Shown: positions 9,300 to 19,077, numbered from the stretch's first letter. The stretch: DNA of 64,000 bases from Parvibaculum sp. (GCF_030694575.1 NZ_JAUYUS010000068.1:1924-65923), one strand, 5' to 3'. Program-made: numbers and translations. Notes: a model not told the origin generated them from the sequence alone.

Positions 9300-10100
9300 T
9301 CAGGCGCCCTTGTAGTTCGGCGCGCGCTTTTCGAAGAAGGCGTCCAGCGCTTCCTTGTGGTCGCTGGTGTGGTGGGCCAACGCCTGCATGGAGGCCGAAA
9401 GCTCCATCACATTGTCGAAGGAGGTGAGCATGCCCTGGCGCAGGAGCTGCTTGGTCATGCGAAGGACGTCCGGCGCCTGGTTGCAGATCTTTCCGGCGAC
9501 CTCCCGGGCCCGGTCCATCAGCTTGTCGGCGGGAACCACTTCGGAGACGAGGCCCCAGTCCATCGCCGTCGCCGCGTCGATGGTGTCGCCGGTGTAGAGA
9601 AGCTCGGAGGCGCGGGCCATGCCGATAATGCGCGGGAGCAGCCAGGCACCGCCGTCGCCCGGGATGAGGCCGATCTTGAGGAAGGTCGCGCCGAAGATTG
9701 CGCTGTCGGCCGCGATGCGCGTATCCGCCAGGCAGGCGACGTCGTTGCCGAGGCCGATGGCGGGACCGTTCACGGCGGCGATGACCGGCACCTCGATGCC
9801 CCAGACGGATTTCACGATGCGGTGGATGCCGTTCCGGTAGCGCTCGCGGATATGAACGCCGGGACCGCCGAAGCCGTCGCCGCCCTCGCGCATCGCCTTC
9901 ACGTTGCCGCCCGCGGAGAAAGCCTTGCCGGCTCCCGTCAGGATCACGCAACGAACTTCCCGGTCGGCGTTGATCCGCGCGGCGGCGCTGGAGAAGTTCT
10001 CTGCATCCTCAGGGGCGCCGAGCGGGTTACGGCTCTCGGGCCGATTGATGGTCAAGGTGACGACGGGGCCGGCTTTTTCGAAAATCAGGGGATCGCTCAT
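9300..10100 (-). CDS. Enoyl-CoA hydratase/isomerase (crotonase) family protein
   Basis: ILTGAGKAFSAGGNV, PVIAAVNGPAIGLG, FLKIGLIPGDGG. Confidence 0.92.
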   Translation of the reverse strand: MSDPLIFEKAGPVVTLTINRPESRNPLGAPEDAENFSSAAARINADREVRCVILTGAGKAFSAGGNVKAMREGGDGFGGPGVHIRERYRNGIHRIVKSVWGIEVPVIAAVNGPAIGLGNDVACLADTRIAADSAIFGATFLKIGLIPGDGGAWLLPRIIGMARASELLYTGDTIDAATAMDWGLVSEVVPADKLMDRAREVAGKICNQAPDVLRMTKQLLRQGMLTSFDNVMELSASMQALAHHTSDHKEALDAFFEKRAPNYKGA

Positions 10101-10336
10101 CGCGGACTGCCTCTTTCCTGTTCATTGTGTCTGCCTGTGAGACAGATTCTGCTGACGAGCCCATTCTTCCAATCAAAAAGGGCGCGGCGCTCGGCCGGAT
10201 TATGCCGTCTTAACCATGCCTCGGAAAACCTTATTAAGACTTTTAGCGGAGGCTGGAGCTCGAAAATCAGGAATCGCCTGCGATCGGAAAGTGGCGCGGG
10301 CGACTTCGTTTCGACAGTGGGCAAAAGGGCACCGGC

Positions 10337-11842
10337 ATGACGTGGGAAGATGCGCCTCATGGCGCCGCCAGGGTTGGCGCACGCGAGAGCCTTTTTGGTG
10401 CTCCGGCGCGCTGGCGCAGGGCGCTGCACGTCTATATCGATGCCCTGAAAGCGGGGGGGCCTCCGCTTACGCCTGCCGCGCGGATCGAACAAATGCGCAC
10501 GCTCGCGGAATCGCAGACGAGCGTTCCCCTCGCCTTCCCCCTGCTGATGACTGTTTATGCCTTCAGCCATCACGGAATCGTAGCTTGGCAGAATATCGCG
10601 GTGTGGCTCGGTGCAATGCTGGCACTGCACCTGCTCACCTATGTCAACGCCAAGAGATTTCTCGCGACGGACGTCGAGCCGGAGGATGTCGATCGCTGGC
10701 GGTGGCGCTTCGAGGGCCTTACGGCCCTCTTCTCGATCAGCTTTTCCTCGCTGCTCTTCCTGTTCTGGGTGCCGGACGACCTTATTCATCAGACCTACCT
10801 GATTTCCTCCGTCACCATCGCGCTGGTGCCGATGACGCTGGTGACGATCTTCTACTTTCCGGTGTTCTACTGGACGGTGCTGCCGACCACCCTCGCGTTG
10901 GCGCTGCGGCTGATCCTGTTCGGCGGAGTCCAGCATTTCGCCATGGTGGCGGTGCTGATCGTCTTTACCGCGCTCCTCATCCGCCTCGCCGCGCAGGTGA
11001 ACGGGGTCATGCTGCGCGCCATTACGCTGCGCGAGGATAAAAACGGCCTCATCGAGCAGCTCTTCAAGGCGAAACGCGATTCCGACGCCGCCCGGGCCCG
11101 CGCCGAAGAGGCCAATCGCGCCAAATCGCACTTTCTCGCGAATATGAGCCACGAACTTCGTACGCCGCTCAACGCGATCATCGGCTTCTCGGAGGTCATG
11201 GCGTCGGAGATTTTCGGCAAGCATTCCGTGCCGACCTACAAGGAGTATGCGAACGACATCAACCGGTCGGGGCAACATCTGCTCGGCCTCATCAACGACG
11301 TGCTCGACCTCTCCCGCATCGAGGCCGGCCGCTTCCAGATCACCGAAGAAGAGGTCGACATCGTTCAACTGGCAGCCGATTGCCGTCGCATCCTCGAAAT
11401 CCGCGCGCAGGCGCAACGCGTTTCGATCACCGAGGACTTCGCGGCCGGCCTGCCGATCGTCTATGGCGATGCCCGTGCCCTGCGGCAGACCTGGATCAAC
11501 CTGCTGACCAATGCGATCAAGTTTTCGCCGCCCGACTCCGAGGTCAAGATGTTCGCGCGCATGGAGGCTTCGGGCGAGATGCGCTTCGGCGTCCACGACA
11601 ACGGACCCGGCATTGCGGAATCGGAAATCGACAAGGTGCTGCACGCCTTCACGCAAGGCGCAACGGGGCTTGCGCAGCCGGGCAAGGGCTCCGGCCTCGG
11701 CCTTTCCATCGTCAAGGGCCTGCTCGCGGTTCACGGCGGACGCTTCGAACTGAAGAGCAAGCTCGGTGTCGGAACGCAGGCCGAATGCACGCTGCCGCCC
11801 CAGCGCCTGCGGGCACCGGCCCCGATCCCGCGCCGCGCCTGA
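10337..11842 (+). CDS. Membrane-bound sensor histidine kinase (PleC/DivJ-like kinase core)
   Basis: Multiple TM helices; H-box AKSHFLANMSHELRTPLNAIIGFSE; NLLTNAIKF; DNGPGI; GSGLGL. Confidence 0.92.
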   Translation: MTWEDAPHGAARVGARESLFGAPARWRRALHVYIDALKAGGPPLTPAARIEQMRTLAESQTSVPLAFPLLMTVYAFSHHGIVAWQNIAVWLGAMLALHLLTYVNAKRFLATDVEPEDVDRWRWRFEGLTALFSISFSSLLFLFWVPDDLIHQTYLISSVTIALVPMTLVTIFYFPVFYWTVLPTTLALALRLILFGGVQHFAMVAVLIVFTALLIRLAAQVNGVMLRAITLREDKNGLIEQLFKAKRDSDAARARAEEANRAKSHFLANMSHELRTPLNAIIGFSEVMASEIFGKHSVPTYKEYANDINRSGQHLLGLINDVLDLSRIEAGRFQITEEEVDIVQLAADCRRILEIRAQAQRVSITEDFAAGLPIVYGDARALRQTWINLLTNAIKFSPPDSEVKMFARMEASGEMRFGVHDNGPGIAESEIDKVLHAFTQGATGLAQPGKGSGLGLSIVKGLLAVHGGRFELKSKLGVGTQAECTLPPQRLRAPAPIPRRA

Positions 11843-11856
11843 TCCATACCGTCGTA

Positions 11857-11885
11857 TAAAAAAGGGGCCGCTCGCGCGGCCCCTT
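11857..11885 (-). terminator. Intrinsic terminator between convergent genes
   Basis: AAGGGGCCGC-TCGC-GCGGCCCCTT; the A-run gives a U-tract on the minus strand. Confidence 0.7.
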
Positions 11886-11907
11886 CGTCTATCCGGTCCG
11901 GTGCCAC

Positions 11908-13038
11908 TCAGGCGGCTTCGGAGTAGCGCTTCAACTGGTGGTCGACATTGCCGAACTGCGTGTCGATCATGGTGAGACGCTTGAAGTAGTGGCCGACATT
12001 GAGTTCGTCGGTCATGCCCATGCCGCCGTGAAGCTGCACGGCCTGCTGGCCCACGAAGCGCCCGGCCTTGCCGATCTGCACCTTGGCGCCGGCGGCGGCC
12101 TTGGTGCGCTCCACATCGCTCTCGCCGAGCTTGAGGTTCACCATGTAGGTCATGGAGACGGACTGCTCATACGCCATGAACATGTCGACCATGCGGTGCT
12201 GCAGGACCTGGAACTTGCCGATCGGCACGCCGAACTGCTTGCGCGTCTTGCAGTATTCGACGGTGGCGGCGTTGAGTTCCTTCATGCAGCCGATGGCTTC
12301 GGCGGAGAGGGCGGCAATCGCCTCGTCCGTGATCTTCTCGACGAGGGGCAGGCCCTTGCCTTCCACGCCGATCAGCGCATCCGCGCCAACCTTGACGTTT
12401 TCAAAGGTGATCTCCGAAGCGCGGCGGCCGTCGACCGTCGGATAGTCGCGGGTCGAGACACCCGCCGCCGACTTGTCGACGATGAACACGGAAACGCCGT
12501 CGCGGTCACGCTGACCGCCGGCACTGCGCGCCGTCACGATAAGCTTCTGCGCCCAGGGTGCGCCGAGAACCACGGCCTTGTAGCCGTTGATCGTGTAGCC
12601 CGCGCCGTCCTTCTTCGCCGTCGTCTTGAGGTCGGCGAGGTTGTAGCGGCCCTGCGGCTCGGCATAGGCGAAGGCCCAGACCGTTTCGCCGCCGACGATG
12701 CCGGGGATATGCGCTTCCTGCTGCTCTTTCGAGCCGCCCTCGCGCAGGAACCCGCCGGCGATCACGACCGTTTCGATGTAGGGCTCGACCACCAGATGAC
12801 GGCCGAACTCTTCCATGACGATCATGTTTTCGATGGCACCGCCGCCGAGGCCGCCGAGCTCTTCGGAGAACGGCGCGGCGAGGAGGCCGAGTTCGGCGAA
12901 CTGCGCCCACATCTCGGGACGCCAGCCATCGGCCGTCTTCACGACCTTGCGGCGCGTGTCGAAATCATATTTGTCGGCGAGCAGGCTCTGTACGGTATTG
13001 CGGAGCAGCGTCTGCTCCTCGGTGAACGAAAAATCCAT
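11908..13038 (-). CDS. Acyl-CoA dehydrogenase (PimD-like small subunit)
   Basis: MDFSFTEEQ start; RKQFGVPIGKFQVLQHRMVDM; QLHGGMGMTDE. Confidence 0.9.
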   Translation of the reverse strand: MDFSFTEEQTLLRNTVQSLLADKYDFDTRRKVVKTADGWRPEMWAQFAELGLLAAPFSEELGGLGGGAIENMIVMEEFGRHLVVEPYIETVVIAGGFLREGGSKEQQEAHIPGIVGGETVWAFAYAEPQGRYNLADLKTTAKKDGAGYTINGYKAVVLGAPWAQKLIVTARSAGGQRDRDGVSVFIVDKSAAGVSTRDYPTVDGRRASEITFENVKVGADALIGVEGKGLPLVEKITDEAIAALSAEAIGCMKELNAATVEYCKTRKQFGVPIGKFQVLQHRMVDMFMAYEQSVSMTYMVNLKLGESDVERTKAAAGAKVQIGKAGRFVGQQAVQLHGGMGMTDELNVGHYFKRLTMIDTQFGNVDHQLKRYSEAA

Positions 13039-13076
13039 CTCTGACCTTCCCCTTGATGTTTCTGCGGCGCCGCGGC

Positions 13077-14270
13077 TTAGAGGCCGAGCACCATTTTTGC
13101 GATGATGTTGTGCTGGATCTCGTTCGACCCGCCATAGATCGAGGTCTTGCGCATGTTGAAGTAATCCTGCGAGACGCCCGGCGCGTAGTCGGGACCCGGC
13201 GTGAATTCGTTGCCGGTGACTTCCATGCGCGGCGCCTGCACGAAGGCGTAGTTGCCCACGGCTTCCATGGTCAGCTCGGTGATGCGCTGCTGGATTTCCG
13301 TGCCCTTGATCTTGAGGATCGAGGCTTCGGGGCCGGGACCGCGCCCCCTGCTCTCGGCGGCCAGCGTGCGAAGCTCGGTCACTTCGAGGGCGGAGAGGTC
13401 GATCTCGAGTTCGGCGACCTTGCGGGCGAACTCGTCCGTCTTCATCAGCGGCTCGCCGTCGACGAGTTCGGCAGCGGCAATCTTCTTCAGCCGTTCGATG
13501 GCCTTCTTGGAGCGGGCGACGCCGGCGATGCCGGAGCGCTCGTTGCCGAGCAGGAACTTGGCGTAGGTCCAGCCCTTGTTTTCCTCGCCGATCAGGTTTT
13601 CCGCCGGCACCTTCACGTCTTCGAGGAAGACTTCGTTCACTTCGTGCGAGCCGTCCATCGTGATGATCGGGCGCACGGTGATGCCGGGGGTCTTCATGTC
13701 GATCAGCAGGAAGGAGATGCCTTCCTGCGCCTTGGCATTCGGATCGGTGCGGACGAGGCAGAACATCCAGTCGGCGAACTGGGCGAGCGTCGTCCAGGTC
13801 TTGCCGCCATTGACGATGTAGTGGTCGCCCTCGCGGACGGCCTTGGTGCGGAGGCTGGCGAGGTCGGAACCGGCGCCGGGCTCGGAATAGCCCTGGCACC
13901 ACCAATCGTCGGCGGAGAGAATGCCGGGCAGGAAGCGCTTCTTCTGCTCTTCATTGCCGAAGGTATAGATGACCGGGCCGACCATGGAGAGACCGAAGGG
14001 GAGCAGCGGCGAGGTTTCGGCGCGCGCGTTCTCTTCGTTCCAGATGTAGCGCTGGGTGATCGTCCAGCCGGTGCCGCCATATTCAACCGGCCAATGGGGC
14101 ACGACCCAGCCCTTCTTGTAGAGAATGCGGTGCCACTTCAGGATGTCTTCCTTCGACATCTCACCGCGCGTGCGGCGGCCGCCTTTGAGTTCCTGCGGGT
14201 AGTTGTTCGCGATGAACTCGCGAACCTCGTCGCGGAACGCGAGTTCCTCGGGCGAAAAACTCATATCCAT
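13077..14270 (-). CDS. Acyl-CoA dehydrogenase (PimC-like large subunit)
   Basis: WWCQGYSEPGAGSDLASL; KTSIYGGSNEIQHNII; adjacent to the PimD-like gene. Confidence 0.92.
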   Translation of the reverse strand: MDMSFSPEELAFRDEVREFIANNYPQELKGGRRTRGEMSKEDILKWHRILYKKGWVVPHWPVEYGGTGWTITQRYIWNEENARAETSPLLPFGLSMVGPVIYTFGNEEQKKRFLPGILSADDWWCQGYSEPGAGSDLASLRTKAVREGDHYIVNGGKTWTTLAQFADWMFCLVRTDPNAKAQEGISFLLIDMKTPGITVRPIITMDGSHEVNEVFLEDVKVPAENLIGEENKGWTYAKFLLGNERSGIAGVARSKKAIERLKKIAAAELVDGEPLMKTDEFARKVAELEIDLSALEVTELRTLAAESRGRGPGPEASILKIKGTEIQQRITELTMEAVGNYAFVQAPRMEVTGNEFTPGPDYAPGVSQDYFNMRKTSIYGGSNEIQHNIIAKMVLGL

Positions 14271-14623
14271 GCGTCAACCTCCATAAGGGCAGCGCGCAGC
14301 CGGTCGTTGCCCGCCGCGCTTCACGCCGTTTTCTGCTTGTGCCGGGTCCGGTGCCGCCCATGCGAGGGGTGACCTCGCCGATCCCGCGTGCCGGGCCTTA
14401 TTTTGCGGTGATAATAGTCGCCCCGCCCCCCGTTGCAAGCCAAGGGTTCAGTAAGGGGCGAACCGGGGGCTGTTCGAAAATGAACGGGAGAATGTCCGGG
14501 AATCCATTGCCCCCGGGTCATATCCCCGGCAGATTTCACCAAGGCCGATCCGGCGAATGGGAACCGGCATATCCGCCGATACACCATACCGCCGGTGGAG
14601 CGGCTTTTCGGGGAGTCCCATCC

Positions 14624-15178
14624 ATGCGCGAGTTTCTGAACGACCTGCTTTCCACACTTGTTTTCATAGCGCTCTACCTGACGCTTGGGGATATCTACAT
14701 CGCGACGGGATGCGCCATCGCGGCGGGGATCGCACAGGTCGTCTATTTCAGGCTGACGCACCGCCCGGTCGACGCCATGCTCTGGATGAGTCTGGGTCTC
14801 GTTATCGTGTTCGGAAGCGCGACCCTTTACCTCGACGACCCGCGCTTCATGATGGTGAAGCCGAGCATCATCCATTTCGCCATTGCCGCGGTCATGCTCC
14901 GGCCGGGCTGGATCGGACGGTACCTGCCGCCGATCGCGAAGGATAACCTGTCGCAGCGGATGGTCAGCGGCTGGGGCTATGGCTGGTCCGCGCTGATGAT
15001 CGTGCTTGGCGTTTCCAACATTGCGGTCGCCCTGACCGCTTCGCCCGAGGTCTGGGGCTTTTTCGCCGGCGTGGTGCTGGTGGGGATCAAGCTTGCCATG
15101 TTCGGCATCCAGTACGTGGTCTTCCGGCAAGCCGTGATCCGCCGTCTCGCGGCCAATGGCAGCGTAGCCGCCAGCTGA
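14624..15178 (+). CDS. Inner membrane protein, IspZ/YciB (intracellular septation protein A) family
   Basis: GDIYIATGCAIAAG; LVIVFGSATLYLDDPRFMMVKPSII. Confidence 0.8.
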   Translation: MREFLNDLLSTLVFIALYLTLGDIYIATGCAIAAGIAQVVYFRLTHRPVDAMLWMSLGLVIVFGSATLYLDDPRFMMVKPSIIHFAIAAVMLRPGWIGRYLPPIAKDNLSQRMVSGWGYGWSALMIVLGVSNIAVALTASPEVWGFFAGVVLVGIKLAMFGIQYVVFRQAVIRRLAANGSVAAS

Positions 15179-15181
15179 CCG

Positions 15182-16174
15182 TCAGAGCATATCCCGCGTG
15201 GCCATGCCCCGATGCGCGGCAAGGGCGGATTTGACGAGGCCGATGGCGAGGGCGGCGCCCGCCCCTTCCTCGAGCGCAATGCCGGTTTCAAGCAGCGGAC
15301 GCTTGCCGATGGCGCCGAGGAGCCGGGCGTGGGCCGGGTCGCCGGAGACGTGGGCCGCCATGCAGTGGTCGAGGGCCGAGGGTTCCAGTTTGTAGAGGAC
15401 CGCCGCCGCCGCGCAGGAGACGAAGCCGTCGAGCAGGACGGGGATGCGCTGGTAGCGGGCCGCGAGGATGGCGCCCGCAATCGCCGCGAATTCTCGGCCG
15501 CCGACGCGGCGAAGGGCTTCCAGCGGGTCGATCAGATGGCCTTCATGTTGTGCGAGGGCGGCGGATACCGCTTCTGCGCCCCAGCCGTCCGCCCAGTCTT
15601 CAGGCTTGCCGCCGAGGAGAGCGCAAGCGAGTGCCGCCGCGACGGTACGGTTGCCTGCTCCCGCCGCGCCGACGCAGAGCAGGTCCGCGCCGCCCGCTAT
15701 CGCTTCCATGCCGAAGGCCATGGTGGCGGCGCAGGCCGCTTCCGACAGCGCCGCGTCTTCGCGAATGTCGGGCGTGGGGAGGTCGAGCGCGAGATCGAAG
15801 ACCTTGAGACCCGCATCCGATTGCAGGGCGATCTGGTTCACCGCCGCGCCGCCCGCCGCGTAAAGCTCGACGAGCTGCTGGGTGGCGCCGGCGGGCGCGG
15901 CATTCGGCGCGTGTTTCGCGAGACCGTGGGTGGCGGCGAAGATCGCAACGAGGGGGCGCGTCACGGCGGGCTTCGGGAGGCCCTGCCAGGCGGCCATCCA
16001 TTCGGCGATCCCTGCGAGGCGGCCAAGCGAACCGGACGGCGCGGCAAGCGCCGCCGTGTGTGCCGCCGCTTCGGAGCGGGACCGTTCATCCGCCTCCGGC
16101 AAGCCTGCCAGCAGGTTGCGGATGTCGTCGAAAGGCAAGCCGGTTACGGCGCGGGTCATTGACGTCTCCGGCAT
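15182..16174 (-). CDS. cobT: Nicotinate-nucleotide--dimethylbenzimidazole phosphoribosyltransferase
   Basis: PSGSLGRLAGIAEW, GGAAVNQI, GGREFAAIAGAI, PVLLDGFV, LEEGAGAALA. Confidence 0.88.
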   Translation of the reverse strand: MPETSMTRAVTGLPFDDIRNLLAGLPEADERSRSEAAAHTAALAAPSGSLGRLAGIAEWMAAWQGLPKPAVTRPLVAIFAATHGLAKHAPNAAPAGATQQLVELYAAGGAAVNQIALQSDAGLKVFDLALDLPTPDIREDAALSEAACAATMAFGMEAIAGGADLLCVGAAGAGNRTVAAALACALLGGKPEDWADGWGAEAVSAALAQHEGHLIDPLEALRRVGGREFAAIAGAILAARYQRIPVLLDGFVSCAAAAVLYKLEPSALDHCMAAHVSGDPAHARLLGAIGKRPLLETGIALEEGAGAALAIGLVKSALAAHRGMATRDML

Positions 16175-16241
16175 GACGTGGGATTCGAGGTGCTTCGCTC
16201 TATACTCCGTTGCACGACAGCCGAGAACCCGGAAAAATCCC

Positions 16242-16481
16242 GTGACTTATACGAAGCCGATCAAGAGCCCCTGCCTCAGCGTTTGCGCCGTCGACGGACG
16301 CGCCAATGTCTGCACGGGCTGCGGGCGGCGGCTGAAGGAGATCGCCGGCTGGAGCGCGATGAGCGACGGGGAGCGCGACGCGGTGCTGCGCGAGCTGCCC
16401 GCCCGCATCGAGGCGCTGGGCGAGAAGGCGCAGGCGCCGGAAGAGGCGCTGGCGAAGATCGGGGCCGCGCTGGGGGCGTGA
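16242..16481 (+). CDS. DUF1289 domain protein
   Basis: IKSPCLSVCAVD..CTGCGRRLKEIAGWS; GTG start inferred. Confidence 0.85.
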   Translation: MTYTKPIKSPCLSVCAVDGRANVCTGCGRRLKEIAGWSAMSDGERDAVLRELPARIEALGEKAQAPEEALAKIGAALGA

Positions 16482-16487
16482 TGCCGC

Positions 16488-16703
16488 TCAGACCTTCTTC
16501 AGAAACTCGGTCTTGAGGACGAGCCCCTTCACCTTTTCGGCGTTGCATTCGATCAGGCCCGGATCGTCGGTCAGGCGGATATTCTTGACCACGGTGCCGC
16601 GCTTCAGGGTGACGGAGGTGCCCTTCACTTTCAGATCCTTGATGACCTGAACGGAATCGCCGTCGGCGAGCTTGTTGCCGTTGCTGTCTTTTACGTCTGT
16701 CAT
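16488..16703 (-). CDS. PhnA/YjdM C-terminal-domain protein
   Basis: VKDSNGNKLADGDSVQVIKDLKVKG..LKRGTVVKNIRL..LKTEFLKK. Confidence 0.85.
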   Translation of the reverse strand: MTDVKDSNGNKLADGDSVQVIKDLKVKGTSVTLKRGTVVKNIRLTDDPGLIECNAEKVKGLVLKTEFLKKV

Positions 16704-17240
16704 GTTTTCCGGCCTGCGGGAGAGATCGAGGTATCCTCTGTAGAGACCGGATGCCGGCGGCGCAACCGCGCTCATCGTCACAGGCCCGGCCTATGGACGA
16801 ACGTCAAAATAAACTTATCCCCGTCCTTTCCTCCGCACCCATATTAAATCCATCTCGCTCCACCGAAGGGCGCGTCCGGACTGGCCGAATGCGTGGAGAG
16901 GGAAAGCTGCTGTTCCGCGGCCCATGGAACCAGACCATGCCCCCGGGAGGTTCAGCCGGGAGCCGGGCACTACGACCCGGGACGAGCCGACGTCGAATAA
17001 AAGGCGAGCGGCTGTTTTGAAAGACACTCCTATGGACCCAAAATCGTAGCGCGCGGGGCGGAACGAAGACCGCCCTTACATGTGCCACATGTCACATGCG
17101 AGATACATGTGCGGTTCGAGTTCCAATGCCCCGCGCACCTTCTTTTGTCGAAGGCCCGCACGTCGCGTACCGAAACCCCGGAAGCCAGGCTTCACGGGGA
17201 TGGCTTTGTTTCTATCTCTCAAGGAGGATTTGGAAGGCGG

Positions 17241-18146
17241 CTAGCCCGCGTCCTTCTTCGAGCGCATGTCGAGCGGATCGCGCTTCAGGATGCGGCCTTC
17301 GAGGGCGCCGAGCCAGTCGAGGCCTTCGCGGAGCTTCACCACATCGCCGATGACGATGATGGCGGGGGCCTTGAAGTCGGCGCGGGCGACATCGACGGCG
17401 GCTGTGCCGAGCGTCGTTTCGAGGACCGACTGATCCTTCAGCGTCGCGTTGCGCACCAGCGCCACCGGTTCATCGGCGCGACGGCCGTTTTCGATCAGGA
17501 GGGCCGAGATCGCGCCGAGATGGGAGAGCGCCATATAGAGGACGATGACGGGCGAGCCCTTGGCGATGGACGGCCAGTCGAGATTTTCCGGCACCGCGCC
17601 GCCCGCCATGTGGCCGGTGACGAAGGTGACGGCGTGGTTCACGTCGCGATGCGTGACCGGAATGCCGGCATAGCCGAGACCGCCGACGCCCGCAGTGACA
17701 CCAGGCACGAGGCGGAAGGGAATGCCCGCATCGACCAGCGCCAGCGCCTCTTCACCGCCACGGCCGAAGACGAAGGGGTCGCCGCCCTTCAACCGCAGCA
17801 CACGCTTACCGGAACGGGCAAGCTCCACAAGCTTCGCGGAAATGTCGCGTTGCTTCGGGCTCGGCTTGCCGCCGCGCTTGCCGGAATATTCGAGCTTTGC
17901 ATGAGGGTTCGCGAACTCAAGGACGGTCTCGTCCACCAGCGCGTCGTAGACGACGACATCGGCCTGGCGCAGCGCGTTGAGCGCGTGCAGCGTCAACAGG
18001 CCAGGGTCGCCCGGACCGGCGCCCACGAGCCAGACCCAGCCGGGCTCGAAGACCGGCAGCGCGAGACGCGAGGCGGCGTCTTCCGCGATCTCCGGCACCG
18101 ACGCCGTCCGGCGGCCTCCGAGGGCTATGACCTTCTTGTCTGTCAC
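17241..18146 (-). CDS. cobA: Uroporphyrinogen-III C-methyltransferase
   Basis: VWLVGAGPGDPGLLTL, VLRLKGGDPFVFGRGGEE, VPGVTAG. Confidence 0.93.
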   Translation of the reverse strand: MTDKKVIALGGRRTASVPEIAEDAASRLALPVFEPGWVWLVGAGPGDPGLLTLHALNALRQADVVVYDALVDETVLEFANPHAKLEYSGKRGGKPSPKQRDISAKLVELARSGKRVLRLKGGDPFVFGRGGEEALALVDAGIPFRLVPGVTAGVGGLGYAGIPVTHRDVNHAVTFVTGHMAGGAVPENLDWPSIAKGSPVIVLYMALSHLGAISALLIENGRRADEPVALVRNATLKDQSVLETTLGTAAVDVARADFKAPAIIVIGDVVKLREGLDWLGALEGRILKRDPLDMRSKKDAG

Positions 18147-18271
18147 GCGTTTTTCACTATCTATTAAAGTGAATTGTTATCCGACTGCATCTTACCATGT
18201 AAATAAGGTACCGTCGCTCCCCTGCCAAGCGGGGTTACGAATTTATCACTCCAGCGGGATAGACTTCTTAT

Positions 18272-18967
18272 ATGAGGCAGAACAACTGGACCTGGGCGGC
18301 GCTCCTTCTTCTGGGCTTCGTCGCATTGCTGGCCTTCCTGGCAAACCGCTTTCCGGGCGCGCTCGACAGCGAGGACGCGCAGATGCGGCTGGTGCATGCC
18401 GTTCTGCTGCTGGCGCTGGTGGGCGGCAGCCTGGCGCTGGGATGGCGGGAGCGGGCGGGCCTCGCACTGAAGCAGGCCCTGATATGGATCGCCATCGGCC
18501 TTTCCCTCGTCATCGGCTATTCCTACAGCGACGTCTTCCGGGAGACGGGCGGGCGGCTGCGGTCGGCGCTCGTACCCTCCTCGCCCGTGGCGATGGAACC
18601 GGGGACGGCCTATCTCTCGCGCGACATGACCGGGCATTTTCATGCCGACGCGCTGGTGGAGGGTACGCATGTGCGCTTCCTCGTCGATACCGGGGCCAGC
18701 GACGTGGCGCTGAGCGCGGCGGACGCGCAGCGCATCGGCATCGACCTTTCGGCGCTTCACTACACCGTTCCCTACCGGACGGCCAACGGCACGATCTTCG
18801 CCGCGCGGGTGAAGCTCAAGGAGGTCAAGGTCGGCGACATCGCGCTCCGCGACGTGACGGCCTCGATCTCGCGGGAGGGGCTCGACACGTCGCTTCTCGG
18901 CATGAGCTTTCTCGGCCGGCTCGCCGCCGTGGAGGTGCGGGGCGAACGGCTTGTCCTGCGCGAATAG
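18272..18967 (+). CDS. TIGR02281-type clan AA aspartic protease with N-terminal TM helices
   Basis: GHFHADALVEG..FLVDTGASDVAL..TANG..SLLGMSFL. Confidence 0.9.
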   Translation: MRQNNWTWAALLLLGFVALLAFLANRFPGALDSEDAQMRLVHAVLLLALVGGSLALGWRERAGLALKQALIWIAIGLSLVIGYSYSDVFRETGGRLRSALVPSSPVAMEPGTAYLSRDMTGHFHADALVEGTHVRFLVDTGASDVALSAADAQRIGIDLSALHYTVPYRTANGTIFAARVKLKEVKVGDIALRDVTASISREGLDTSLLGMSFLGRLAAVEVRGERLVLRE

Positions 18968-19077
18968 AAACGCCATTCTCCCGCCTTATTCTCCGCTTCA
19001 ATACGAACCAGATACTTGCCCCCCTCCCGGCGGATTGCCGCTACAAGCCGCCGGTCCGTTCGATCCATGGAGAGACC

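Noticed and set aside
10205-10250. CtrA-like TTAA-N7-TTAA site upstream of the histidine kinase
   Set aside because: Only partial half-sites (TTAT-N7-TTTA).
11908-13905. 665-aa ORF suggesting a fused acyl-CoA dehydrogenase
   Set aside because: The N-terminal part is an off-frame overlap with the 13077-14270 gene; the real protein starts at MDFSF (13038).
16800-17040. Cobalamin riboswitch or 6S RNA (near cobT/cobA; contains AGGGAA and CTGAACC)
   Set aside because: The B12-box elements (CCCGCAACTGT, GCCACTG, GGGAAG) are absent, and the usual zapA-ygfA context of 6S RNA is missing.
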